Source: Raja brachyura (Eukaryota). Taken from it: a stretch of 64,000 nt of DNA. Under the pieces are notes generated by a model that was given only the letters and a program-made list of their open reading frames with translations, did not search any database and was not told the DNA's origin. Positions 1-11,386 of the stretch are shown piece after piece. Position 1 is the stretch's first letter; each line of letters opens with the position of its first letter. The position numbers and the translations under genes were made by a program. The stretch spans positions 89,156,001 to 89,220,000 of the forward strand of contig OY740784.1 in assembly GCA_963514005.1 (NCBI GenBank). Reading direction: 5' to 3'.

Positions 1-1846
1 GTTTTTATAGATATGTGAAGAGAAAGAGATTAGTTAAAACAAATGTAGGTCCCTTGCAGTCAGAAACAGGTGAGTTGATCATGGGGAACAAGGATATGGC
101 GGATCAATTGAATAACTACTTTGGTTCTGTCTTCACTAAGGAAGACATAAATAATCTGCCGGAAATAGCAGGGGACCGCCGGTCAAAGGAGGACTTGAGT
201 GAAATCCAGGTTAGTCGGGAAGTGGTGTTAGGTAAATTGAATGGATTAAAGGCCGATAAATCCCCAGGGCCAGATAGGCTGCATCCCAGAGTACTTAAGG
301 AAGTAGCTCCGGAAATAGTGGATGCATTAGTGATAATCTTTCAAAACTCTTTAGATTCTGGAGTAGTTCCTGAGGATTGGCGGGTAGCAAACGTAACCCC
401 TCTTTTTAAGAAGGGGGGGAGAGAGAAAATGGGGAATTACAGACCAGTTAGTCTAACATCGGTAGTGGGGAAACTGCTAGAGTCAGTTATTAAAGATGGG
501 ATAGCAGCACATTTGGAAAGTGGTGAAATCATTGGACAAAGTCAGCATGGATTTACAAAAGGTAAATCATGTCTGACGAATCTTGTGGAATTTTTCGAGG
601 ATGTAACTAGTAGCGTGGATAGGGGAGAACCAGTGGATGTGGTGTATCTGGACTTCCAGAAGGCTTTCGACAAGGTCCCACATAAGAGATAACTATATAA
701 ACTTAAAGCATACGGCATTGGGGGTTCAGTATTGATGTGGATAGAGAACTGGCTGGCAAACAGGAAGCAAAGAGTAGGAGTAAACGGGTCATTTTCACAA
801 TGGCAGGCAGTGACTAGTGGGGTACCGCAAGGCTCAGTGCTGGGACCCCAGCTATTTACAATATACATAAATGATCTGGATGAGGGAATTGAAGGCAATA
901 TCTCCAAGTTTGCGGATGACACTAAGCTGGGGGGCAGTGTTAGCTGTGAGGAGGATGCTAGGAGACTGCAAGGTGACTTGGATAGGCTGGGTGAGTGGGC
1001 AAATGTTTGGCAGATGCAGTATAATGTGGATAAATGTGAGGTTATCCACTTTGGTGGCAAAAATAGGAAAACAGACTATTACCTAAATGGAGGCCGATTA
1101 GGAAAAGGGGAGATGCAGGGCGACCTGGGTGTCATGGTACACCAGTCATTGAAAGTAGGCATGCAGGTACAGCAGGCAGTGAAGAAAGCGAATGGTATGT
1201 TAGCTTTCATAGCAAAAGGATTTGAGTATAGGAGCAGGGAGGTTCTACTTCAGTTGTATAGGGTCTTGGTGAGGCCACACCTGGAGTATTGCGTACAGTT
1301 CTGGTCTCCAAATCTGAGGAAGGACATTATTGCCATAGAGGGAGTGCAGAGAAGGTTCACCAGACTGATTCCTGGGATGTCAGGACTGTCTTATGAACAA
1401 AGACTGCATAGACTCGGTTTATACTCTCTAGAATTTAGGAGCTTGAGAGGGGATCTTATAGAAACTTACAAAATTCTTAAGGGGTTGGACAGGCTAGATG
1501 CAGGAAGATTGTACCCGATGTTGGGGCGGTCCAGGACAAGGGGTCACAGCTTAAGGATAAGGGGGAAATCCTTTAGGACCGAGATGAGAAGGAATTTTTT
1601 CACACAGAGAGTGGTGGGTCTCTGGAACTCTCTGCCACAGAGGGTAGTTGAGGCCAGTTCATTGGCTATATTTAAGAGGGAGTTAGATGTGGCCCTTGTG
1701 GCTAAGGGGATCAGAGGGTATGGAGAGAAGGCAGGTACGGGATACTGAGTTGGATGATCAGCCATGATCATATTGAATGACGGTGCAGGCTCGAAGGGCC
1801 AAATGGCCTACTCCTGCACCTAATTTCTATGTTTCTATGTTTCTAT
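1..1846 (+). mobile_element. CR1-clade LINE (HER1-like), ORF2 reverse transcriptase region plus 3' UTR; runs off the window start
   Basis: ORFs 15..692 and 732..1748 share a frame, split by one TAA at 690-692; motifs KSPGPD, NYRPVSLTS, YLDFQKAFDKV, GVPQGSVLGP, FADD; 3' UTR with (TTTCTATG)n tail. Confidence 0.95.
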
Positions 1847-2130
1847 AGGTTTAAGGTGAGGGGAAAAGATTTAATAGGAATCTGAGGGGTAACTTTTTCA
1901 CACAAAGGGTGGTGGATGTATGGAACAAGTTGCCAGAGGAGGTAGTTGAGGCAGGGACTATCCCAACATTTAAAAAGCAGTTAGACAGGTACATGGAGAG
2001 GACGGGTTTGGAGGAATATGGGCCAAATACTGGCAGGTGAGACTAGTGTAGCTGGGACATGTTGGCCGTTGTGGGCAAGTTGGGTCAAAGAGCCTGTATT
2101 CACACTGTAGCACTCTATGACTCTATGACA
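1847..2130 (+). mobile_element. CR1 3' end of a second subfamily
   Basis: TTTTTCACACAAAGGGTGGTG (FFTQRVV) block and (CTCTATGA)n tail. Confidence 0.85.
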
Positions 2131-2384
2131 CAACCTGAGAAATTACATTGTCGGTTTGGGTCTCTGGCGTTGCAATTATTTTTTCAGCTGAAGAACGTGT
2201 GACAGCATGACACAACTCATTGTTAACTTGTGATTTCTCTTCAGGAGTTGCATGTGTCTCCACTTCTGGAATCAATTATTCATCACCACATCCCTCCAAT
2301 GTGTTCTGGTAAATATCTCATGACAATCATTTGTTTGGTGTGTGTATTTCTGACTTTTCACCCTATTTCACCCAAGATATAATT

Positions 2385-2521
2385 GTGTACACTAAGTGCA
2401 TGAGTAACTCAGCAGGCCAGGCAGCATCTCTGGAGAACATGGATCGATGATGTTTCGGGCCGAGACCCTTCTTCAGACTACTTTTGCATGTTAACCAGCA
2501 TTTGCCGTTCTTGTTTCTACA
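2385..2521 (-). mobile_element. Penelope-like terminal repeat (pLTR) fragment
   Basis: Matches the repeat that follows GIY-YIG remnants elsewhere in the window; hammerhead-like core on the minus strand. Confidence 0.75.
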
Positions 2522-3659
2522 TTTTGATCGCTCAATGCTAAATCTCCTCAAGTTATGCCTAATTTGAAGAAGTTCTCCTCGCTTCCCTTTTTGTGTTCTT
2601 CTGCAGTTCCTTGTTTCTATATCATTGAGTACCAGACTTGTAATGTCTCACCAATATCCCAACTCCTGTGTGCCATATTTGTTCATAAGCCACAACACTT
2701 CCACGTTATTACTTTGCTTAAACTGTTTTTCTTTGCCTTCATCCAATAAGCTGATAAAATATGAATCATGACTTTGCTTTTGACTCTGCCCTCTCCTCCA
2801 GGCTACACCATTGTAACCCCCAGCCTGTGACTCATTCAAAGCAATGCTGGAATTGATCTTGTGTTGGAAGGTGGCATTGTACAATACTTAAATAGAAAAT
2901 TAGCTGAAGGATGATTCACGGATAGACTTAAATAACCTTGAGAAATGCTTTATCAAAGCTTCCTTGAGAACACATAGAGACTGTAATTAGAGGTTGGATG
3001 GTAATGAGAATTAATGTATTTTTGATATTGTTTCTCACTCAAAAGCATTTATACAGACATGACATGACTTTAGACCCATTATCTGACACGATTTATTCAG
3101 ATAGATAATGAGTTGTGAAAACTGATCTCAGCCAATCATTTATACATTCTATTGGTTCATTATCCCATGTGTGAACCTTCAATCTCTTTTGAGCATGTCT
3201 TATTAAGAACTAAAAGGTTGTTGATGCTTTACTGACAAAAATCAATGCAAACTCTGAAATGGTTATGTCAGTTATTTTCACATTTGTAAGAATGGTTCAT
3301 CTTGAAATCTGTAAATGATGAGGCATAATCTAACAGGCTAACCAGGTAATTAATAGCCTTTATATGTATAATGACAATATAATATCCATCATCTCATGAC
3401 ATTGGGATGACTACTTTGCCCTTCAGCCAGGCTTCAATCAATCAATCCTGTGTAAAATGGCTGCTTAAATAATTTGGACACCATTTTAATTTGGTCTAAC
3501 TTATAATTAGTGGTCTTTAAGCTCCTTTAAGAAGTACATCCATTTGTGCAGCATGGAATGGAATATCATCATCTACTAATAGTAAGAAAACGTTTTTCAA
3601 AATCTTCATCAGACTCCTTTATCCTTGTAAACATATCTGTCCAGTTACTCTTTAGTTCC

Positions 3660-3698
3660 ACAGATAGAAACAAAATCCTTGAGTAGCTCGGTGGTGGT

Positions 3699-3732
<34 letters not shown>

Positions 3733-3832
3733 CAGGCAGCATCTCTGGAAACACCAAAGATAGACACGCTGAGATACTCCAGCATTTTGTGCCTATCTTT
3801 GGTGTAAAACAGCATCTGCTGTTCCTTCCTAC
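3660..3832. mobile_element. Inverted PLE terminal-repeat insertion containing a poly-G tract
   Basis: 13-bp TSD ACTCTTTAGTTCC at 3647-3659 and 3833-3845; G run 3699-3731. Confidence 0.75.
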
Positions 3833-4023
3833 ACTCTTTAGTTCCCTTGTCTTGCTTGACAATGCCTGTGGTTGTGTTTAAGTAACCAATATTATCAGCA
3901 ATTCTAATGTTGGCTATGATAGGATGGTGAACATTTCATTTGACTTGCTAGCTCTAGTACTTCACTAGAATATGTCACAACATCTCCCTAGCCAATAAGG
4001 AGATGACTGAATATACTCCTTTA

Positions 4024-4251
4024 GATGTTTAAGAAGGAACTGCAGATGCTGGAAAATCGAAGGTAGACAAAAGTGCTGAAGAAACTCAGCAGGTGTGGCC
4101 TCATCTATGGAGCAAAGGAAATAGGCAACGTTTCGGGCCAAAACCCTTTATCAGTCTGAAGAAGGGTTTTGGCCCGAAATGTTGCCTATTTCCTTCGCTC
4201 CATAGATGCTGCCTCACCCACTGAGTTTCTCCAGCACTTCTGTCTAACCTC
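4024..4251. mobile_element. Palindromic PLE terminal-repeat pair
   Basis: Arms are reverse complements around ~4155; TSD ATACTCCTTTA at 4013-4023 and 4252-4262. Confidence 0.85.
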
Positions 4252-4763
4252 ATACTCCTTTACATTCCTTGATAGACCAACCTAATTAGTGCCAATATGC
4301 ACTTCCAAAGACTGGTTGTTAGTCTGCCCTTTGATCTTCGGATCATGCCGCTTCCGTCATTTCCACACTAGAAGTGTGAGACACTTTGTTCCTTATCAAC
4401 GTAACACAGATCTCTTTCTGTATGGTTCTGTTGGAAAAACTTCCTCCATGTGAAGACATTAGGTCAGTAGCAATGCAATGATTAGCTGTTCTTGATTTAG
4501 ATTAGCTTGCTGTCTATATGCGCTCTGCAGATTCAGATTAGTTTATGGTAATATACAACAGAATGCAATGACATGCCTAGTTCACATAAAGTTCTGGAGT
4601 AAACAGAATAGATCATAATGATACATACCACAATAAATACAAGGATGATTATTCCAACATCCATGGAATTTTACCTGCCCAAAAGAACACGTTTGTGATA
4701 AGTGGCTGCCATTAAACTGACAGGAAGAAGCTAAACCATGCACCCACATGTGATGTAAACCGA

Positions 4764-5355
4764 GTGTAGGAAGGAACTGCAAATGCTCGTTTAAATCGAA
4801 GATAGGCACAAAAATCTGGAGTAACTCCGCGGGTCACGCAGCATCTCTGGAGAAAAGGAACTGGTGACGTTTCGGGTCGAGACCCTTCTTCAGACCAAGA
4901 GTCAGGGGAAAGGGAAACACGAGCTATAGATGGTACACAGAACAAATTAATGAAAGATATGCAAAAAGCAATGATGATCAAGAAAAGGTGGAGCCCACAA
5001 TGGTCCACATTTGGCCGGTGGGGTACATAATAAATAGTTATACATACAGTGAAACTCAACAGGGTGACAGTGAAAATAGTATGACAACTAGGGTGAGAGA
5101 GGGACGGAGTGAGAGGGGATGCAAAGGCCTCTTAGAGTTAGAGAAATCAATATTCATACTGCTGTGGGTTCCACCTTTCCTTGATTATCATTGCTTTTTG
5201 CATATCTTTAATTCATTTGTTCTGTGTATCGTTTATACCACTTTTTCATTTCCCCCCCACTCTCAGTCTAAAAAAGGATCTCGACCAAAAATATCACTTA
5301 TCCTTTTCTCCAGAGATCTGCCTGACCCGCTCCAGCTTTTTGTATCTATCTTTTG
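4764..5355. mobile_element. PLE 3' end (minus, 4764-5165) joined to an inverted partial copy (plus, 5165-5355)
   Basis: Minus strand near 5130-5160 encodes SMNIDFSN (GIY-YIG C-terminus); 4925-5000 is inverted at 5164-5230. Confidence 0.8.
4861..4898 (-). ncRNA. Minimal type I hammerhead ribozyme motif (best-paired copy)
   Basis: Minus strand reads TTGGT-CTGAAGA-A-GGGT(CTCG)ACCC-GAAA-CG-TC/ACCAG: conserved core, 4-bp helix II, palindromic ACGT helix III, 5-bp helix I including one G-U. Confidence 0.7.
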
Positions 5356-5623
5356 TGATGTAATCCTTTTTGGGAGGGATAGAGTCTCTCTGCTGCCTTC
5401 TGACTGCAAACTACAGTTGTGTTTGTGTATGATACTGATAACATTCCTTGGCATATTTAGATCCTTCTATTGAATTATTCAGTTTTCCAGACGAGGTCAA
5501 ATTCAAAATATGTTTACTTAACATTCTTGACTAGTGTACACATACCACATTGTAGAGCTGCTGAGTGCTGCCTCAAATAAACTCAAGGAGCCATGGAGAT
5601 CATCAGAACAGGCTTGTATCATT

Positions 5624-6062
5624 AGGCTTGTATTCACTGGAGTTTTGAAGGATGAGGGGGAAATCTTATAGAAACATATAAAATTATAAAAGGACTGGAC
5701 AAGTTAGATGCAGGAAAAATGTTCCCAATGTTGGGCAAGTCCAGAACCAGGGGCCACAATAAAGGGAATAAAGGGAAGGTCATTTAAGACTGAGATGAGA
5801 ACAAACTTTTTCACCCAGAGAGTTGTGAATTTATGGAATCCCCTGCCACAGAGGGCAGTGGAGGCCACATCACTGGATGGATTTGAGAGAGAGTTAGATA
5901 GAGCTCTAGGGGCTAGTGGGGTCAAGGGATATGGGGAGAAGGCAGGCACGGGTTATTGATAGGGGACGATCAGCTATGATCACAATGAATGGCGGTGCTG
6001 GCTCGAAGGGCCGAATGGTCTCCTCCTGCACCTATTTTCTATGTTTCTATGTTTCTATGTTT
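5624..6062 (+). mobile_element. CR1 3' fragment
   Basis: ORF 5708..5959 ends RTNFFTQRVVNLWNPLP...GYGEKAGTGY; (TTTCTATG)n tail. Confidence 0.9.
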
Positions 6063-6075
6063 TTAACATGCGTTG

Positions 6076-6172
6076 TAGTCTGAAGAAGGGTCCCGACCCG
6101 AAACGTCACCCATTCCTTCTCTCCAGAGACGCTGTCTGGCCCGCTGAGTTACTCCAGCATTTTGTATCTACA
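6076..6172 (+). mobile_element. PLE terminal repeat with hammerhead core
   Basis: CTGAAGAAGGGTCCCGACCCGAAACGTC at 6080-6107. Confidence 0.8.
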
Positions 6173-6902
6173 TTCAGAACATGTGAACAGGATTATCAAC
6201 AACTGCATATGTCACATTGACAATTACATAATTATGTCACACACAAGTGACTCATTTGTCTATTTACATATGAACATATCGCACATGTTTTCCTAATATA
6301 GTTGTTAGATAAGGTCTCCAGAGATGATTTTCCTTTTTCTATAATTGTTCTGGAAACCTAACTGGAAAGGAATGCTTGTGGCATATTCATGGATGAGAGA
6401 AATTATAACAGAAACCATCTAATTTTAAATGAACAGAACATTAAGTGCATGGAAAGTGTTTTTATTTATTGGAAAGCATTCAACGCTCCTCCATTGTTGG
6501 CTTCAAGCACTGTGTTGGCCACATAATGTCGTGCCAGTGATGCCAATGAACTAGTAGGATTCCAACAACAATCTGAACGATTTCATACTTTCCTGCTCTT
6601 ACAAAGGACAATATTTATCGACTTGTCAGAGTTTCATTATAATTTACAACCTCCAGGCTACTGCGCTGTACTGTAAGAATGATTGTGCCATACCTATGAG
6701 CAAAGAAAGAAAGAAAGAAAGGGACATCTTTCAACAACATCCTGGAGTAACTCAGCAGGCTAGGCAGCATTGATGGAGATCATGGATAGGCATTGCTTCA
6801 GGTTGCCACTCTTGTTCAAAAAGTTCATTTCTATTATACCTCTCACACTCTCAGAATATCTCCAAACTCTTTGCAGACAATAAAATATTTTGGAAGTGTA
6901 AT

Positions 6903-8590
6903 CATAGAACATAGAACAGTACAGCTCAGGAATGGGCCCTTTGGCCCTTTTTCTTAGTAAAACAAATCACACCTGCCTGTATATAATCCATATCCCTCTA
7001 TTCCTTGCCTATCTAATAGACTCCTAAACACCACTATCATTGCTGCCTCCACCACCTATATCAGTGATTTGGATGAGAACGTATAAGGCATGATAAACAA
7101 GTTTGCAGATAACACTAAAGTGGGTGGTAGTGTAGATAGTGAAGATGGTTGTCACAAATTGCAGCAGGATCTTGATCGGTTGGGCAGGTGGGCAGGACCC
7201 AAACAGTGAATGGCAGGGCTCTGGGGAGTGTTGTAGAACAGTGGGAGCTTGGAGTGAAGATACATAGTTCCTTGAACATGGCATCGCAGGTAGCTAGGGT
7301 GATCAAAGAGGCATTTGGCACATTGCCCTTCATTGGTGAGGGTACTGAGTAAAGAAGTCGGGAGGTCATGTAGCATGTCACTATGTTATAGGAAGGATGC
7401 TGTCAAGCTGGAAAGGATGCAGAGAAGATTTACAAGGATGTGGCCAGGACTCGTGGGCCTGAGCTAAAGAGAAAGGTTGAGCTGGCTAGAACTTTATTCC
7501 TCGGACAGGAGGATCAGGGGTGATTGTATAGAAGTGTACAAGATCATGAGAGGAATAGCTAGGGTAAATGCACTGTCATTTGCCCAGGGTAGGAGATTCT
7601 AGAGCCAGAGGGCATAGATTTGAAGTTGGGAAGTTGGGAAAGATATAATAAGAACGTGAGGAGTAATGTTCTTACACAAAGGTTGGTGGGTGTACGGAAT
7701 GAGTTGCTGGAGAAAGTAGTATCATAACATTTAAGTGATATTTGGATGGGTACATGGATACAATATGTTTGAAAGGTTATGGGCCAAGCACAGGAAGATG
7801 GGGCATGTTGGTTGGTGTGGGCAAGTTGGGCCAGAGGGCCTGTTTACAGTTTGTATGACTGTGATACCACCGCTGGCAATGCCTTCCAAGCCCCCACCAC
7901 TCTCTGTGTATAAAACTTGCTCCACATATCTCCATTAAACTTTCCGCCTCTCACTTCATAGCTATGCCCTCTAGTGTTAGACATTTCCACCCGGGAGAAA
8001 GGTTCTGACTGTCTACTCTGTCTATGCCCCTCATAATTTTATATATCTCCGTGAAGTCTCCCCTGAACATCCGACGTTCCAGAGAAAACAATCCAAGTCT
8101 AACCAATCTTTCCCTGTCACTGAAACCCTCCGATCCAGGCAGTATTCTGGTAAACCTCCTTTGGACCATATCCAAAGCCTCCTGTATTGGGGTGACCAAT
8201 GTGACCAATCTGGATGTGGAAAAGATGTTCCCACTACTGGGAGAGTCTAGGACTAGAGGTCATCGCCTCAGAATTAAAGGATGTTCTTTTAGGAAGGAGA
8301 TAAGGAGGAATTTATTTAGTCAGAGGGTGGTGAATCTGCAGAATTCTTTATTACAGAAGGCTGTGGAGGCTATGTCAGTGGATATTTTTAAGGCAGAGAT
8401 AGATAGATTCTTGATTAGTACTGGTGTCAGAGGTTATGGGGAGAAGGCAGGAGAAAGGGGTGATGAGGGAGAAATAGATCAGCCATGATCGAATGGCAGA
8501 GTAGATATGATGGGCCAAATTCCTAATTCTGCTCCTATCACATATAATCACACTTATGATCTAACCAAAGTCCTATAGAGCTGTATTATT
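6903..8590 (-). mobile_element. Minus-strand CR1 3' fragment interrupted by two plus-strand CR1 fragments (~7060-7862 and ~8205-8560)
   Basis: CATAGAACATAGAAC tail at 6903; ORF 7951..8208 VQRRFTRILPG; ORF 8024..8488 C-terminus ESRTRGH...FSQRVVNL; FADNTK-type motif near 7100. Confidence 0.8.
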
Positions 8591-9504
8591 GTAATGTAGC
8601 AATTGCAACAATAAAATTATAAAAATCCCCCAAAGCGATAATTACTGGATAATTGTTTGAATTATGTTAATTATGGGGGTATATGTTGGCAAGGACAACA
8701 CTGCGAACACTTCCGATCTTCTTCATGTTATTGCTAGGGCATCTTGTATGCCTCTTTTAGCCATAACAAAAGCTCTGTTGGAAAGGACCACAGTCTAAGG
8801 TTCTGTCTCCATTGGACACTGAGGGGTTGAATCCTGTGTAACAGCCTCTCAAACACTTCAAAGGCACAAAAGGAGGACATGTGAGTGGCCTTGATTCATT
8901 GTAAATTAATACATTGAATTGATGGTGCAATGAAAGTATAAAAAGACATATACTGATTGGCTTTACTGTGTATATATGATGAACGTTGTATAAATGTGGA
9001 ATAAAATCTGTGAGAGAGAGATGGGGTGTCAGCTTGCCGAAGACAAAGACACGGCAGGCTGTAGAGAACAAAGACGGACCCACTGGGCCGCTGCGAACAA
9101 AGACCCATCAGGCCGCGCGCACCACATACGTTGGCAAACCTGCCTGTCCACCACAACGTAGGGCCGCTTTCTGCAGGGGGAGCTCAGAAACCTCCGGGCT
9201 CGGCCCCGAAGACTGGACAGTCAAGGAAGACGGAGCAGCTGGCAACGGCGTACGCAAGGAGTGGGCTGGTAGGCCGCCTTCAAGGTCCGCTGCAGCAATG
9301 ATCCCCCCAGGACATAGAGGCGGTTGGGTGAAGAGCGGAACATCAGTTGGTGGGCCGAATGGTGGAGGGTGATGGAGGAGGCCTTGCAGCAGCCTGGGGC
9401 TTACCTGGATCAGGGGTGCTCCATAACTTTTTCAAGCACTGTTATAAGATTAACTGATCTATGTTCCTCTTCATTAAGTGCCTGTGAATTCACATAAGCA
9501 CTTG

Positions 9505-9638
9505 GCATCCAGCCTGTCAACCAGACTTTGGAATTTTTCTTTTTCTTTTGTAAGCGGCGCCTAAATATGGTGACGGGTGCAAGCATTTCCCTGTGTTGTG
9601 CCTCCGTGACAATAAAGAACCATTGAACCATTGAACTA
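9505..9638 (+). mobile_element. Non-LTR retroelement 3' tail fragment
   Basis: GTGACAATAAAG followed by (AACCATTG)n. Confidence 0.55.
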
Positions 9639-10984
9639 TTTTTCTTGACGTCTGCAGCTCTGCAGTGAGACATTCTTCAAGCAAACACTGAAACATCATC
9701 CTAGATTTTTGTGATCATGTTTCATGAGTGGGAATTGAGCCTACGACCTTCAGGATTTTGAATTTACAGTAAAAATATTGAACATTCCCATTGTTGCATT
9801 GTTATGCAACGTCATATTTAGCCTCAATGACTTCAGTAGATAGATCATGCGTTTGCCACTGTGACTGTTAATCAATCTGTAATAAGCATGACTGATACAC
9901 ACGGTAGTGAACAAGACGATAAAAAAGATTACCTTTCATTGATATTTGTGGGATCTTGTGTTTATATAACATTTCAGGATACAAGTGAAGAGCATTATGT
10001 GATTTCACAGGCATTTGATGAAGAGGAATATAGATCAGTTTATTTTATAACGGTGCTTGAAAGAGTTATGGATAGCAGACTGATGTACAGCTAAGCTCAT
10101 TGCCTCATCAAAATGATTTGCTGAACAATGAACATTTGAGAAAAGGAAGAATACTAAGTGCTTCGTAATCAGAGAGGCCGCACCTATGGGACTCTCTGGA
10201 AGTTAACTGCATATTGATCAGCTGCCTTGTTCAAGGCATTTTAATGCCCTTACTAGACTAGTTCCATCTTAGCAAATGGAGACTCATCCTAATTCAAAGC
10301 CTCTTGGGCTGTAATATTTAACCCTGGTCCTTTTTTTCTGTTTCCAGGCACACGAAGAATAGATGTTTGTAAATAAAAGCCAGAGTTTTTTGGGGATGCC
10401 TACAGGAACAGAGTTGGTGGAGTTGGAAGGATTGCCTATTTCCTCCTCTCATTTGTGCCTTTTTTTTTTAAACTGTGGAGTCTCAGCACATTTACTACCC
10501 AAACCAGGAAGAAAATTATGGCACCAGCTGTGCGATCCTTAATGCTTGAATTAGACCATAAACTCAAAGCATTGTGTGTTTGAGTTCTGTAATCCTTACT
10601 GCCGCAGATTGGGATTTTGTTTTTATAAAGGAAATAACAATCGGAGATTATTCTCTTTGCTTCGATGTTGGCAAGAACAACGCCTTGAAAGCTATTTCCA
10701 CTTAGATATTGGTTCAATTTGGCAGTTAACATTCCCCGCTTGCAAACAAATAAAACACCAATTTAGATAGCTAATAGGGGTGAATTGAATGAACCTTAGT
10801 CAATCAATTCCCACTATTTTAAAGCCCTTAGAAAGCCAGGTCAATACATCAGAATTAAACTAGGTTTTATTGCCATCAATGAACCAAAAACAGTTTCCAA
10901 TTGTTCAGAAAATACTTTTCCATCCTTTGCTATTCTCCTGAAGGAGGAAGAAGGCCAGTTGAAATGAGCATAGAGAAATTTGCT

Positions 10985-11290
10985 GCAAGGCAGGGCAGTC
11001 AAAAACTAGAGGGCATACGTTTAACATGAGAGTAAAAACATTTAAAAGGGGCCTGATGGACGACTTGTCTACACAGAGGGTGGTGCGTAGATGGAATGAG
11101 CTGCCAGAAGGATTAGTTGAGACAGGCACAATTACGGCATTTAAGAGACACTTGGACTGGTACTTGGAAAGGACTAGTTTTAAGGGAAATAGGCCAGGGG
11201 CAGGCAAGTGGGACTAGCTCTGTTGGGCAACTTGGGCGGCTTGGATGAGTTGGACTGAAAGGGTTGTTTTCAGTCTATGACTCTCTGACA
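10985..11290 (+). mobile_element. CR1 3' fragment
   Basis: ORF 11026..11217 STQRVVRRWNELP...AFKRHLD. Confidence 0.85.
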
Positions 11291-11386
11291 TACAAACAAA
11301 AATGGCCAAGCTTGCTTGGACCATTTAGAGCTCTGTGCTGTTCCTCAATGGACAATTCAACAATGAGATTCCTCAGGTGGATTTTG

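Larger units (their letters stand above)
6820..9760 (-). mobile_element. Old Deu-domain SINE (SacSINE1/AmnSINE-like) split into pieces at ~6820-6902, ~8590-8900 and ~9640-9760
   Basis: Pieces resemble the reverse complement of the Deu-SINE consensus as recalled (e.g. CTAGATTTTTGTGATCATGTTTCATGAGTGGGAATTGAGCCTACGACCTTC) and lie in collinear order. Confidence 0.5.

Noticed and set aside
542-1060. 172-aa minus-strand ORF and similar ORFs (26715..27074, 45433..45822, 21456..21761)
   Set aside because: Antisense shadows of LINE RT coding sequence.
3569-3862. Poly-proline ORF
   Set aside because: Translation of a poly-G tract inside a PLE repeat.
9410-10094. Two similar peptides on opposite strands suggesting duplicated exons
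   Set aside because: Differences are mostly non-synonymous; better explained as a non-coding inverted duplication.
10325-10420. Strong splice-acceptor-like site (TTTTTTCTGTTTCCAG)
   Set aside because: No convincing donor or recognisable coding frame follows, so an exon cannot be supported.
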